From: an uncultured delta proteobacterium
GTDB taxonomy: Bacteria > Desulfobacterota > Binatia > UBA9968
Reading direction: 5' to 3'
Assembly: GCA_963727625.1 (NCBI GenBank)
Contig: CAVSHR010000004.1
Coordinates: 672,001-736,000 of the forward strand
DNA: 64,000 nt
Shown: positions 10,397 to 19,855 of the stretch, piece after piece
Numbering within the stretch: position 1 is the stretch's first letter
Layout of the letters: each line of letters begins with the position of its first letter
The notes under the pieces: generated by a model
Told to the model about the DNA's origin: nothing
Database searches by the model: none
Seen by the model: the letters and a program-made list of their open reading frames with translations, nothing else
Made by a program: the position numbers and the translations under genes

Positions 10397-11136
10397 AACC
10401 CATCCTCGAGGTAACCGCTGTCACCAAAGCCTTTGGCGGCGTGGTGGCGAACAACGCCATTAGTCTCACCGTGCCGCACGGCAAGATCGTCGGCCTGATC
10501 GGTCCCAACGGCTCAGGCAAAACGACACTTTTCAATTCGATTGTCGGCTACCACCCGATCGACTCCGGCTCGATTCGATTTGAAGGGCGCGAGCTGTCGA
10601 CGCTGCGAGTGGCACAGATCGCCCGCTTCGGTCTACTGCGAACATTCCAACAATCCCGCATCTTCGATAAGATGACCTGCATGCAGAACATGCTGGTGAG
10701 CGTGCCGCGGACCTATCATAGCTGGTGGTCGATGTTGTGCCGCGCTGCGCCGCAGGATGAGCGTCGCGCCGAGGAGCTGCTGCAATTCGTCGGACTCAAG
10801 GCCAAGCGGTTCCTGCGCGCGGGCAACCTGTCGTTCGGCCAGCAGAAGTTGCTCGAGCTCGCAATGGCGCTAATGAGCGAGCCAAAAATGTTACTCCTCG
10901 ACGAACCGACGGCGGGCGTCAATCCCACGCTGATCAACGGTTTGATGAACCGGCTACGGCGCGCAAACCGTGAGTTCGGCATCACCTTGCTGGTGATCGA
11001 GCACAACATGCGTGTGATCATGAATCTGGCCGAGTACATCTATTGTCTCGCCCACGGCGAGTTGCTCGCAGAAGGCGAGCCGGAGCAGGTCAGGAATGAC
11101 CGGCGCGTGATCGATGCCTATCTGGGCGCTCACTAA
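10393..11136 (+). CDS. livG: ABC ATP-binding protein (LivG-like)
   Basis: GPNGSGKTT, LSFGQQKLLELA, LLDEPTAG, DAYLG. Confidence 0.9.
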   Translation: MKPILEVTAVTKAFGGVVANNAISLTVPHGKIVGLIGPNGSGKTTLFNSIVGYHPIDSGSIRFEGRELSTLRVAQIARFGLLRTFQQSRIFDKMTCMQNMLVSVPRTYHSWWSMLCRAAPQDERRAEELLQFVGLKAKRFLRAGNLSFGQQKLLELAMALMSEPKMLLLDEPTAGVNPTLINGLMNRLRRANREFGITLLVIEHNMRVIMNLAEYIYCLAHGELLAEGEPEQVRNDRRVIDAYLGAH

Positions 11137-11996
11137 TGAGTGACAAAAACCGTCAGCCCGACAATTCTGAAGCCGACTTCGGCGACGAACTGATTTCTGC
11201 CGATGAAGTCGCGCACGAGGCAGCCCGTTTCGCGGCCGACCGACCGAGCGCGCAGCGCCTCGCCGGGCTCGCCGCCGGGAAACCCTTGCTGACGATCGAA
11301 AATCTATACGCGGGTTACGGTAAAATGGAGATCCTACACGGCATCGATCTCCAGGTCGCCGCTGGACAATCGCTGTGTCTGATCGGACCGAACGGCGCCG
11401 GAAAGTCAACCGTGCTGCACTCGATCTACGGCTTCACCCGCATCTACAGCGGCGCGATCCGCGTCAATGGCGAAGCCATCACCCGGCTCACCGCCAATGA
11501 AAAGCTCAGACGCGCGGGCATCGCCTATGTCCTGCAGGACAATTCGGTTTTCCCCGATATGACCGTCGAAGAAAACCTGTGGATAGGCGGCTATCTGTGG
11601 GCGCGCCCGGAACAGGCGAAAGAGGCCTCCGAGCGCGTTTTTCAGAAGTATCAACGTCTCGCCGAGCGACGCAAGCAACCGGCGCGCGTGCTGTCGGGCG
11701 GCGAACGGCGGCTGCTCGAGATCGCCCGCGCACTCATCATGGAACCGCGAATTTTGCTCGTCGACGAACCGTCTATCGGCCTCGAACCGCGCTACATCGA
11801 CATGGTGTTCGAGATCCTCGCGGAGCTGCAACGGAGCGAGGGCAAGGCGATCATCATGGTCGAGCAGAATGCCAAAAAAGGGCTCGAATTTGCCGACATC
11901 GGCTATCTCCTGGTTTCCGGATCCGTCGCCATGGCCGACACTGGCGACAATCTCCTCAAGCACCCTGATGTTGGACGCCTGTTCCTCGGCGACTGA
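11136..11996 (+). CDS. livF: ABC ATP-binding protein (LivF-like)
   Basis: GPNGAGKST, LSGGERRLLEIA, MVEQNA. Confidence 0.9.
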   Translation: MSDKNRQPDNSEADFGDELISADEVAHEAARFAADRPSAQRLAGLAAGKPLLTIENLYAGYGKMEILHGIDLQVAAGQSLCLIGPNGAGKSTVLHSIYGFTRIYSGAIRVNGEAITRLTANEKLRRAGIAYVLQDNSVFPDMTVEENLWIGGYLWARPEQAKEASERVFQKYQRLAERRKQPARVLSGGERRLLEIARALIMEPRILLVDEPSIGLEPRYIDMVFEILAELQRSEGKAIIMVEQNAKKGLEFADIGYLLVSGSVAMADTGDNLLKHPDVGRLFLGD

Positions 11997-12000
11997 CACC

Positions 12001-13221
12001 GTGATTGCGCCGCACCAACCTCCTATTCCGGTCCAGCGCGCAGCGACCCTGTTGTGCGGTGCCCATGTGCTCAGCATGACCGGATTTGGCACTTTTTCCG
12101 CATTGCTGCCGCTACTCATGGCCACCTGGCACATGAGCAATTCCCAGGCTGGAACGATTGGCGGCATGTATTATGCCGGTTACATGACCGCCGTGCCGCT
12201 GCTTACCGGCATGACCGATCGGGTCGACGCGCGCCGGATTTATCTTTTCGCCTGCGTGTTATCCATGACCGCTGCGCTTGGATTCGCGCTCCTGGCCGAC
12301 GGCTTTTGGTCAGCGCTCATGCTCCATGGGCTGGCGGGCGCCGGCCTTGCGGGGACCTACATGCCAGGTTTGAAAATCCTCTCCGATCACATCGAAGGTC
12401 GGCACCAAAGCCGGTGGGTCGCGATTTATACTTCTACATTCGGTGTCGGAGCGGCCTTATCGCTGTGGATGGCTGGCGCGATTACGACAATGGCCGGATG
12501 GCGGTGGGCATTCGCACTGGCCGGAGTGGGGCCGGCAGCAGCCGGCTCCCTCGTATTTCTGCGCTTACCGCCGCGCCGGCCGGATTTCGCCGTCAAGCTT
12601 ACCGCGGGACTACTCGATTTTCGCTCTGTGTTTCGCAACCGCGCGGCGACAAAATATATCTTCGCCTACGCCGCGCACTGCTGGGAGTTGTTCGGATTTC
12701 GTTCCTGGATCGTTGTCTTTCTGACCTTCGCAGGCGCGGTCCGCGCCACCGCCGAACCGAAGCTGGCGAGTGCGACTACGCTCGCGGCGACCATCAACCT
12801 GATCGGTCCCGCGGCCAGTATTCTGGGCAATGAATTAGCGGCGCGGTTCGATCGATCGCGTGTCGTGCTCGCCATAATGAGCGTGTCGACCGCCCTCGCC
12901 TGCGTTGTCGGGTTCAGCGCTCCTTTGCCCGAAGCGCTGGTATTCGCGCTCACGTGCCTTTACTTTCTTGCGATCATGGGTGATTCCGCCGCGCTCACCG
13001 CCGGGCTGCTCGGGGCCGCGGCGCCACAGCAACGGGGTGCTGCCATGGCGGTACATTCGTTTCTTGGCTTCGGCGCGGGCTTCGCCGGTCCGGTGGTTTT
13101 TGGCGCGGTGCTCGACCTTGCCGGCGGAAACCAGAGCGTATTCGCCTGGGGAGTGGCCTTTGCCAGTCTCGGCATCGGCGGCGCGCTGGTCCCGCTGACG
13201 CTTCTTTCGTTTCGACGATGA
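12001..13221 (+). CDS. MFS transporter
   Basis: About 12 hydrophobic segments, TDRVDARR loop motif; GTG start after the livF stop. Confidence 0.85.
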   Translation: MIAPHQPPIPVQRAATLLCGAHVLSMTGFGTFSALLPLLMATWHMSNSQAGTIGGMYYAGYMTAVPLLTGMTDRVDARRIYLFACVLSMTAALGFALLADGFWSALMLHGLAGAGLAGTYMPGLKILSDHIEGRHQSRWVAIYTSTFGVGAALSLWMAGAITTMAGWRWAFALAGVGPAAAGSLVFLRLPPRRPDFAVKLTAGLLDFRSVFRNRAATKYIFAYAAHCWELFGFRSWIVVFLTFAGAVRATAEPKLASATTLAATINLIGPAASILGNELAARFDRSRVVLAIMSVSTALACVVGFSAPLPEALVFALTCLYFLAIMGDSAALTAGLLGAAAPQQRGAAMAVHSFLGFGAGFAGPVVFGAVLDLAGGNQSVFAWGVAFASLGIGGALVPLTLLSFRR

Positions 13222-13359
13222 GCGGGGAATGGCGGTCATCACCCGCCGCGCTAACCGGACGACCAGAAATTAAACAACCCTCGACTACAAGCCGAGCGGT
13301 TCCGAATTTGTCGACTGGAAGTCGACATCTATTTCCATCATTCCGGAGCATGCCGGAAG

Positions 13360-13694
13360 GGCGATTCACATTTCAAGTGCAACAGTTCACGGCAGAAGAC
13401 CTCAGCCGGAGTTTTGTAGTGAAGGCAATTTCTCGGAGTGCGATTATAGCAACGAAGCAAACCGACTGCTCTGCGTAGGCAGGCTGATCACCAACCTGGG
13501 TCCCACTGTCGTGCTTCAGCTCGCGGGCTATAGTCGATGGCGCGCGACCCATAGCTGCCGCAATTTGACGGCTTGTTTTCCCGGCCTGGCTAAGTCGGGA
13601 AAGCGTGCAGCGCTCTTCAAGCGAAAACTGTTCATAGCATTGTCCCATTGCAACACCTTGTCCAAAAAAGTGTTGCACTTCGTTTGTGAATTTA
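13360..13694 (-). mobile_element. Internally deleted IS30-family element (both ends retained)
   Basis: Terminal IRs GATTCACATTTCAAGTGCAACA (13363-13384) and TGTTGCACTTCGTTTGTGAATT (13671-13692). N-terminal HTH MGQCYEQFSLEERCTL...GRAPSTIARELK is joined out of frame to the C-terminal YNRTPRNCLHYKTPAEVF...LLHLKCES. Confidence 0.85.
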
Positions 13695-14184
13695 GAGCGT
13701 CTTTCGCGCTGACGGCTTTTGTGTTGTAGGCGATCGGCAAGGTTAAATTATAAGCGCCGACGAAACGATGGTTGGCCTACACGGCGTCCAGGCCAAAGTC
13801 TTTTTCCCATCCCGGGTACGATGCCAACAGGTCACGGTCGATCAACGGCCGCAGCGCGCGCATCGAACCGGACTGGATGATATCGACCGCCGGCGGTTTG
13901 CCCGCTTGATTCTCCGCGATGATGCGCTGCACCAGCGGTTCGGGAATGCTTACGAAGTGCTCGATCTTGATTCCGGGATACTGTTTGTCGAGCACTTCCT
14001 GCATCTTTTCGTAAACGATCGCATCGGTGGGCCCCCAGATGACTACCGTGCCTTCCTTCTTTGCGGCATTATAAAGTTGCGTGATCGCGTCATTGCCGCT
14101 CTTACCCTTGCCTTGAGCGTGAGCGGCGTTGACTACGAACAAGCTCACAAGCGCCGCAGCCAAAATGATTCTTAACCGTTTCAT
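13695..14184 (-). pseudogene. Truncated Fe3+/spermidine-type ABC substrate-binding protein
   Basis: AAKKEGTVVIWG N-terminus; in-frame TAG at 13777-13779, then homologous sequence continues (ANHRFVGAYNLTLPIAYNTKAVSAKDA) until cut by the IS30 end. Confidence 0.8.
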
Positions 14185-14241
14185 ATCTTTCTGTCTCCTT
14201 ACTTTACGATGAATGGATGAATGAATGTCCTCGTCGCAAGT

Positions 14242-15081
14242 TCAAACTTGCTGGATTGGATGACGCTGCAAAAAATCTTGCAAAACGTTGAGCGCGCCGT
14301 CGCCATCCCAAAAAGTCATATGCTTCACCTGCGGCACCAGCGCCAGCTCGCAGCCGGGAACCAATGCGCCGAGTCTGCGCGCTGTGCCCACCGGCGTGCT
14401 GCCGCCGCGATTGACGTCGTCCTCGGCGCCGCAAAGGATCAGCGTCGGCACCCGAATCTTCGGCGCGTTACCCAGAGTATCCCAAGTACGGCGCGCCTCG
14501 AAGTGATAGCGGTGCTGCTCCGGACTGGTTTGGCGCTGCCAAAGCGCATCCGACAAGGCCTCTACGACTTCCGCATGTTCGTTGAAGAATTTCGGGTTGA
14601 ACGCCATGTGCGTGTTCTCGATATGGCCGCGGATGAAGCGCTCGAAACCATGGGCGCGAATTTCTTCTTCGTCGGTGTTTCTGACCACCCGCGGGCCGCC
14701 GTCGGTCGCTTTAATTCCCGCTCCGGCCGCGGCAATCGTCAGGGTCGCAACCAGATCGGGCCGTTGGAGCGCCAATGCCTGGGCGATCTGTCCGCCCAAA
14801 GCAAAACCCGCCGAATGACAGCGCGAGATTTTCAAATGTTCCAAGAGGCCCGCGCAATCTTTGGCGAACTGCTCGATGGTGTAACCGTTATCCGATTTGC
14901 TGCTGTAGCCGGTGCCGCGGCAATCGAAAATAATCGTGCGGTATCGTTTCGATAAAAACGGCACCACGCCAACCTTCCAGGTATCGCTCGGCCACCATGA
15001 CGGCGGCGCGAGCAATACCGGCTCGCCCGCTCCCAGCACCTCGTAGTAGATATCAACGTCGCCGATTTTCGCGCTGGGCAT
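14242..15081 (-). CDS. Alpha/beta fold hydrolase
   Basis: IYYEVLGAGEP, FDCRGTGYS, nucleophile elbow GFALGG (Ala in place of Ser), C-terminal His. Confidence 0.85.
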   Translation of the reverse strand: MPSAKIGDVDIYYEVLGAGEPVLLAPPSWWPSDTWKVGVVPFLSKRYRTIIFDCRGTGYSSKSDNGYTIEQFAKDCAGLLEHLKISRCHSAGFALGGQIAQALALQRPDLVATLTIAAAGAGIKATDGGPRVVRNTDEEEIRAHGFERFIRGHIENTHMAFNPKFFNEHAEVVEALSDALWQRQTSPEQHRYHFEARRTWDTLGNAPKIRVPTLILCGAEDDVNRGGSTPVGTARRLGALVPGCELALVPQVKHMTFWDGDGALNVLQDFLQRHPIQQV

Positions 15082-15311
15082 TGGAGACCTCGCCTGCAAA
15101 CGCTTGATTAACTGCGGTATCGCCGCTTTGAGCTAAGACAACTGCGCAACCTTTTATTTGTAACGTGAGATGGGCTTTCTTCACAAGGAAAAAGTCAAAC
15201 CATTTTTGCACGAGCGAGGCGAGGATTAGTGCCGTCGTGAGTCATGGTCGGCCGCGCCGGAAGCCAGCCCCAGCGCCATAAGTCGAATGCCGATGAAAAA
15301 CAGCTTGGAGA

Positions 15312-16493
15312 TCATATGATGTGCTTTTCCCGAAATGTTCGAATATCGCCGTCGCCATATCCCAACGCGCGCAAGGTCTCCTCGCTATGCTCGCCGAGCT
15401 TGGGCGGTCGCAGGCGGATGTCCGCCGGCGTCTCGCTCAGATTGATGCCGTTTTTGACCAGTTGAAACGCGCCGAACTCGGGGTCGGTGACCTGCGTCAG
15501 CCGGTCGAGAAATTTCACTTGCGGGTCTTCGAACACCTCGGCAAAATTATTGATCGGCGCGCAGGGCACGTCCTTCTCTTCCAGCGCCTTGAGCCAGTGC
15601 GCGCGCGGCGCGCTTTGAAACGCCTTGGAGAGAATCTCGTGGATCAGGTCGTAGCTCTTGATCCGCGCGTGGCGGTCTTTCGTCCGCGGGTCGGTTTGGA
15701 GATCGGGCCGGCCGATGACCTCGGTGACGCCGGTCCAGAATTTCGGTGGATGGGACAGGTGGATGACAAACGGCTTGCCGTCTCCGGCGACCAGCGCATA
15801 AACCCCCGCGGTTTTAACCCGGCTGCTCTTCTTGGGAATCTCGCCGCTGAAAAGGTATTGCGTGATGCTGAAACCGATAAAGCCGATGGTCGCTTCGAGC
15901 AATGAGGTTTCGACTTTTTGTCCCTTGCCGGTGCGCTCGCGCGCCGCGATGGCGGCGAGAATGCCGTAGGCGCCGTAAAATCCGCCGAGATGATCGGAAA
16001 AGGACGCCCCCGGCCCTTCCGGTTTATCGAGATCGGTGAGTATGCTTAAAAGCCCGCTCAGCGCCTGGCCAAGAGTGTCGTAACCGGGTTTCTTGCGATA
16101 GGGGCCGGACTGGCCGAAGGCGGAAATCGAACAATAGATGATCTGAGGATTGATCTGCTTGATCTCCTCGTAGCCGATGCCCAGACGATCGACCACGCCG
16201 GGACGGAGATTTTCCACGATCACGTCGGCGTCTTTGGCCAGTCGCAGGAAAATTTCTCTCCCCTCGGCCTGTTTGATATCGATGGTCACGCTCTTTTTGT
16301 TGCGATTCATGCCGCAAAAACTCGGGCTGTAGTTTTTCGGTTCCTTGTCCCAGTGGCGAAACGGATCGCCCGATCCAGGAGTTTCGATCTTGTAGACCTC
16401 CGCGCCGAGATCGGCGAGCAGCATCGCCGCGAACGGCCCCGCAATATAGTTGGTGAGGTCGAGAACTTTGATTCCGTCCAGTGCTCCCGGCAT
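15312..16493 (-). CDS. Class III CoA transferase (CaiB/BaiF)
   Basis: LDGIKVLDLT..IAGP, LADLGAEVYKIE, NRNKKS, ENLRPG, PPKLGEHS. Confidence 0.93.
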   Translation of the reverse strand: MPGALDGIKVLDLTNYIAGPFAAMLLADLGAEVYKIETPGSGDPFRHWDKEPKNYSPSFCGMNRNKKSVTIDIKQAEGREIFLRLAKDADVIVENLRPGVVDRLGIGYEEIKQINPQIIYCSISAFGQSGPYRKKPGYDTLGQALSGLLSILTDLDKPEGPGASFSDHLGGFYGAYGILAAIAARERTGKGQKVETSLLEATIGFIGFSITQYLFSGEIPKKSSRVKTAGVYALVAGDGKPFVIHLSHPPKFWTGVTEVIGRPDLQTDPRTKDRHARIKSYDLIHEILSKAFQSAPRAHWLKALEEKDVPCAPINNFAEVFEDPQVKFLDRLTQVTDPEFGAFQLVKNGINLSETPADIRLRPPKLGEHSEETLRALGYGDGDIRTFREKHII

Positions 16494-16666
16494 GTCCCTT
16501 GTGCTCCTCGTTGCTGTCCTAGGAATATAAGGAGGCTGCTATGTTGCTGTCAACCAAACCGCGCGAAAAATTCCCATAGCGCCGAGTCCCAATCGTCCCT
16601 TGACACCACTATCATGCTCTGAGAATCTGCCTCTGCCGAAATCTATTTATGTCCGAGGGGAGGAAG

Positions 16667-17338
16667 ATGGAAAACCAAGAGTTTATCGATTCACTGATAC
16701 GGGAGATCATTCAGCCGGGCGTCGGTCAGTTAATAAACGGCCGCTTCTTCAGCGAACTGCGCGTCGGCAAGCTCTCCAAGAAACGCCTCGCCGGTTTCGC
16801 CATGCAGCACTATCTCTCCAATCACGCAATCAATAAAGGTCTCGCCTTCTGCATGGTTAAAAACGCCAGCAACCCGCCGGCTTACAATCAATTCGTCGAG
16901 CTCTTCGTCGAAGAGTCGTCCCACCCGGAGTTGATGAAGCGTTTCGGTGCAGCGCTGGGATTGACCGACCAAGATTTCGACAACGAGATCATGATCTACG
17001 AATGTGTCGGCCATACCGCGGCGATTATCCGCGGTATGTTTCTCGGTTCCGCCGCTGAGACCCGCGCCGGGGCGCTGGTGAACGAGACCATGGTCCTGCC
17101 GCTATTCGGACGAATTCGATGCGGCGCTTGGAAAAACATTACGGACTTGGACAGCCGCGCCCGAACATTTTTCATCGTCCACGGCAAGGTCGACCTGGAA
17201 CATACCGCGATGGCCGCCGAGACCATCGCGCGCAATGCCAACACCGTGCGGGAAAAAGCGTTGGTGCGCGCCGCCGCTCTCAATATGGTCCGTTTCAAGC
17301 TCGCCAAGTTCGACGGCATTTACGACGCCTACGCCTAA
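16667..17338 (+). CDS. Heme-oxygenase-like diiron oxidase (TenA/PqqC/CADD superfamily)
   Basis: EESSH, NE and HGKVDLEH (HxxxDxxH) ligand pattern; the segment at about 17095-17150 appears frame-scrambled by compensating indels. Confidence 0.75.
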   Translation: MENQEFIDSLIREIIQPGVGQLINGRFFSELRVGKLSKKRLAGFAMQHYLSNHAINKGLAFCMVKNASNPPAYNQFVELFVEESSHPELMKRFGAALGLTDQDFDNEIMIYECVGHTAAIIRGMFLGSAAETRAGALVNETMVLPLFGRIRCGAWKNITDLDSRARTFFIVHGKVDLEHTAMAAETIARNANTVREKALVRAAALNMVRFKLAKFDGIYDAYA

Positions 17339-17469
17339 ACGGGTCTGGCGTCTCGCGTCCAGCGTTCGAGAACCGTTTTTTTATCTGGAGAACAACAACA
17401 TTGGAGCAACGAAGAGATAAATTCGCGCCAAGAGGAAGTCGATTTAACGATTTGACCTGAGCGCAGCGA

Positions 17470-17536
17470 TTGAACGGCTGGAACGATTGGAACGGTTCAA
17501 GACGTTCAAGTAGTTCAGGGCGTTCAAATCGTTAAA
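17470..17536. repeat. GAAC/GTTCAA 9-mer tandem array
   Basis: TTGAACGGC TGGAACGAT TGGAACG GTTCAAGAC GTTCAAGTA GTTCAGGGC GTTCAAATC GTTAAA. Confidence 0.75.
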
Positions 17537-17550
17537 TGAAAGGATTAAAA

Positions 17551-18704
17551 ATGAAATTCAGTTCGGAGCGAATTTTAACCACCCATGCCGGTGCGTTGCC
17601 CCAACCGCCGGATCTCAAAGAGATGCACAATGCCCAGGTCGCTGGCAATCGATCGACAACGCCGCGTTTGCTATGCGCGTGCGCCGAGCGGTTGCCGAAA
17701 TCGTCAAAAAACAGCTCAGCTGTGGCCTCGACATCATCAACGATGGCGAAGTCGGCAAATCGAATTTCTCGCGCTACGTGCGCGAGCGGTTGAGCGGTTT
17801 TGTCGAACGGGAAGTGCGCGCGGAAGATCATGCGTCGACAATCTACGCAGCGGGACTTGGTCGAATTTTCCGATTATTTCCAGGCGCGCGCGTACGCACC
17901 GCGGCGATAACATCAAGAAGAGTGTTCTGCAACGCGCCGCTCAAATACATCGGCCACCGCTCGCTCAAAGCCGAAATCGAAGACTTCAAAGCCGGCTTGC
18001 AAGGGCAAAAATACCAAGAAGCGTTTCTTCCCGCCATCGCGCCCGGCACCATCGAGCACTGGATGAAAAACGATTATTACCCGAGTGACGAAGCTTACTT
18101 AGTCGCCGTCGCCGACGCCATGCATGAAGAATACAAGGCGATCGTCGATGCCGGTTTTTTACTGCAAATCGACGACCCCGATTTGCCCGACGGCTGGCAA
18201 TTCATGTCGAAGCTTAGCGTGCCGGAATACCGCAAATACGCTGAGTTGCGTGTCGACGCTCTCAATCACGGCCTGCGCGATATCCCGCCCGACCGCGTGC
18301 GCTTTCACACCTGCTGGGGTAGTTACCACGGCCCGCACAAGTACGATATCCCGCTGCGCAACATCATCGAATTGATTCTTAAAGTGAAGGCCAACACCAT
18401 TTCAATCGAGGCGGCCAATCCGCGCCACGAGCATGAATGGCGTGTGTGGGAAGAAATCAAACTCCCCGCCGGCAAAGTGCTCGTACCGGGAGTCATCGGC
18501 CACGCCACCGACATCGTCGAGCACCCGCAGACGATCGCCGACCGCTTGGTGCGCTACGCCAAGGTCGTCGGCCGCGAGAACCTCATGGCTGGAACCGACT
18601 GCGGTCTCGGCCCGAGAGTCGGCAGCGCGCAGATTTGCTGGGCGAAGTTCGAAGCGATGGCCGAAGGCGCGCGCCTGGCGACCCAAGAGCTGTGGAGGAA
18701 ATAG
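17551..18704 (+). CDS. Cobalamin-independent methionine synthase II / epoxyalkane:CoM transferase-like protein, frameshifted near 17648
   Basis: ILTTHAGALP start in one frame; DIINDGE, QIDDP, HTCWG, EAAN, GTDCGLG (Zn ligands) in another; adding one A in GGC-AA-TCG joins them. Confidence 0.85.
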
Positions 18705-18873
18705 GTCTGCGGTGCCATGCGCTAGGCGAGCTGATTTCTTCGGTTGCGAATGTTCGCCCGTGGATACGACCGTAAACCGCGGGCGAACACTGCCGCTTTT
18801 CGGGCTATTTACCCGGCGTGAATTGACAATCACGCGTCCTAGAGAATATGTTTCGAAGAGGAGTTAGCTCAAC

Positions 18874-19791
18874 ATGATCATCGATTGTCACGCCCATTTG
18901 GTGCCGCAAAGTTGGTATCACCCGAAATCGCCGAAATCGATCTTCGACTTGCCCGGCTTGTTCGAAGAACAGGATAAGGCCGGCGTCGATATCACGGTGT
19001 TCGGCAACAACTGGATTCGTTCGCCGGATGGCTATGATCCGTTGAGAGTCGTCCAGGAGTTCAACGCGCACGCGGCCGAGCTCACCGCCAAGCATCCGAA
19101 GCGCTTGCTCGGTCTGGCCTGTTCGGTGCCCTACGACAACGACAGGATTCTCAAGGAAACCGAAAAGGCGATTCGCGAATACAAGCTCAAGGGCGTCATG
19201 ATCGGTTCGAGCACCAATGGCGAATATCTGGACTCGCCTCGCGCGACGCCGTTTTTTGAATTGGTCAGCGACCTCGACGTGCCGCTGTTCGTCCATCCGC
19301 CCAAATTCACCATTGGCCATGACAAGATGGAAATCTTCCGCTTGCCGGAAATGCTCGGCCGGCCGTTCGACACGACGCTGGCGCTGACACGGTTCATTTT
19401 TACCGGCGGCTTCGAGCGCTTTCCCAAGGTGAAAATGGTCTGCGCTCACGTCGGCGGCGCACTGGCGATGCTGGCGGGCCGATACGGTTTCGGCTACGAA
19501 TTGAGAAAGGACGATAGTTTCGGACCATGGGAGCCCGACGTCATGACCCGTCCGCCGGCGAGCTACATGAAGCAGCTCTACTTCGACACCGTCTGCTATC
19601 ATCCCCCGGCAATCCAATGCGCCATCGACACTATCGGCGTCGACCAGGTCGTCTTCGGCAGCGACTCGCCGCCGGTGCCGATTCCACTCGTACGCGCGGT
19701 GGATACCGTGAAGCAATTAAAGATCTCCGATCAAGACAAGGCAAAGATTTTCGGCGCCAACGCGGCGAGGCTACTGGGACTGTCCGGCTAA
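18874..19791 (+). CDS. Amidohydrolase_2 (ACMSD-like decarboxylase)
   Basis: IIDCHAH, LFVHP, AHVGG, VFGSDSP. Confidence 0.9.
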   Translation: MIIDCHAHLVPQSWYHPKSPKSIFDLPGLFEEQDKAGVDITVFGNNWIRSPDGYDPLRVVQEFNAHAAELTAKHPKRLLGLACSVPYDNDRILKETEKAIREYKLKGVMIGSSTNGEYLDSPRATPFFELVSDLDVPLFVHPPKFTIGHDKMEIFRLPEMLGRPFDTTLALTRFIFTGGFERFPKVKMVCAHVGGALAMLAGRYGFGYELRKDDSFGPWEPDVMTRPPASYMKQLYFDTVCYHPPAIQCAIDTIGVDQVVFGSDSPPVPIPLVRAVDTVKQLKISDQDKAKIFGANAARLLGLSG

Positions 19792-19855
19792 CGCCGGCGC
19801 GTGCAACCCATCGACTTTCCGCGGCATCTACCCAGAACGAAAGGAAACACTGTGC

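Noticed and set aside
13777-13779. In-frame TAG in the SBP gene as possible pyrrolysine or readthrough
   Set aside because: The position is non-catalytic (probably Tyr TAY>TAG) and the gene is truncated by IS30 about 80 nt later, so ordinary pseudogene decay explains it.
15226-15315. 29-codon minus-strand ORF (MISKLFFIGIRLMALGLASG...) overlapping the CoA-transferase stop
   Set aside because: It could be a signal-peptide remnant but is too short to support without homology.
17470-17536. GTTCAA arrays as CRISPR repeats
   Set aside because: Units are 7-9 nt with no unique 25-45 nt spacers, and no cas genes are present.
17640-17680. Programmed ribosomal frameshift in the MetE-like gene
   Set aside because: There is no slippery heptamer, and neighbouring indels point to consensus error.
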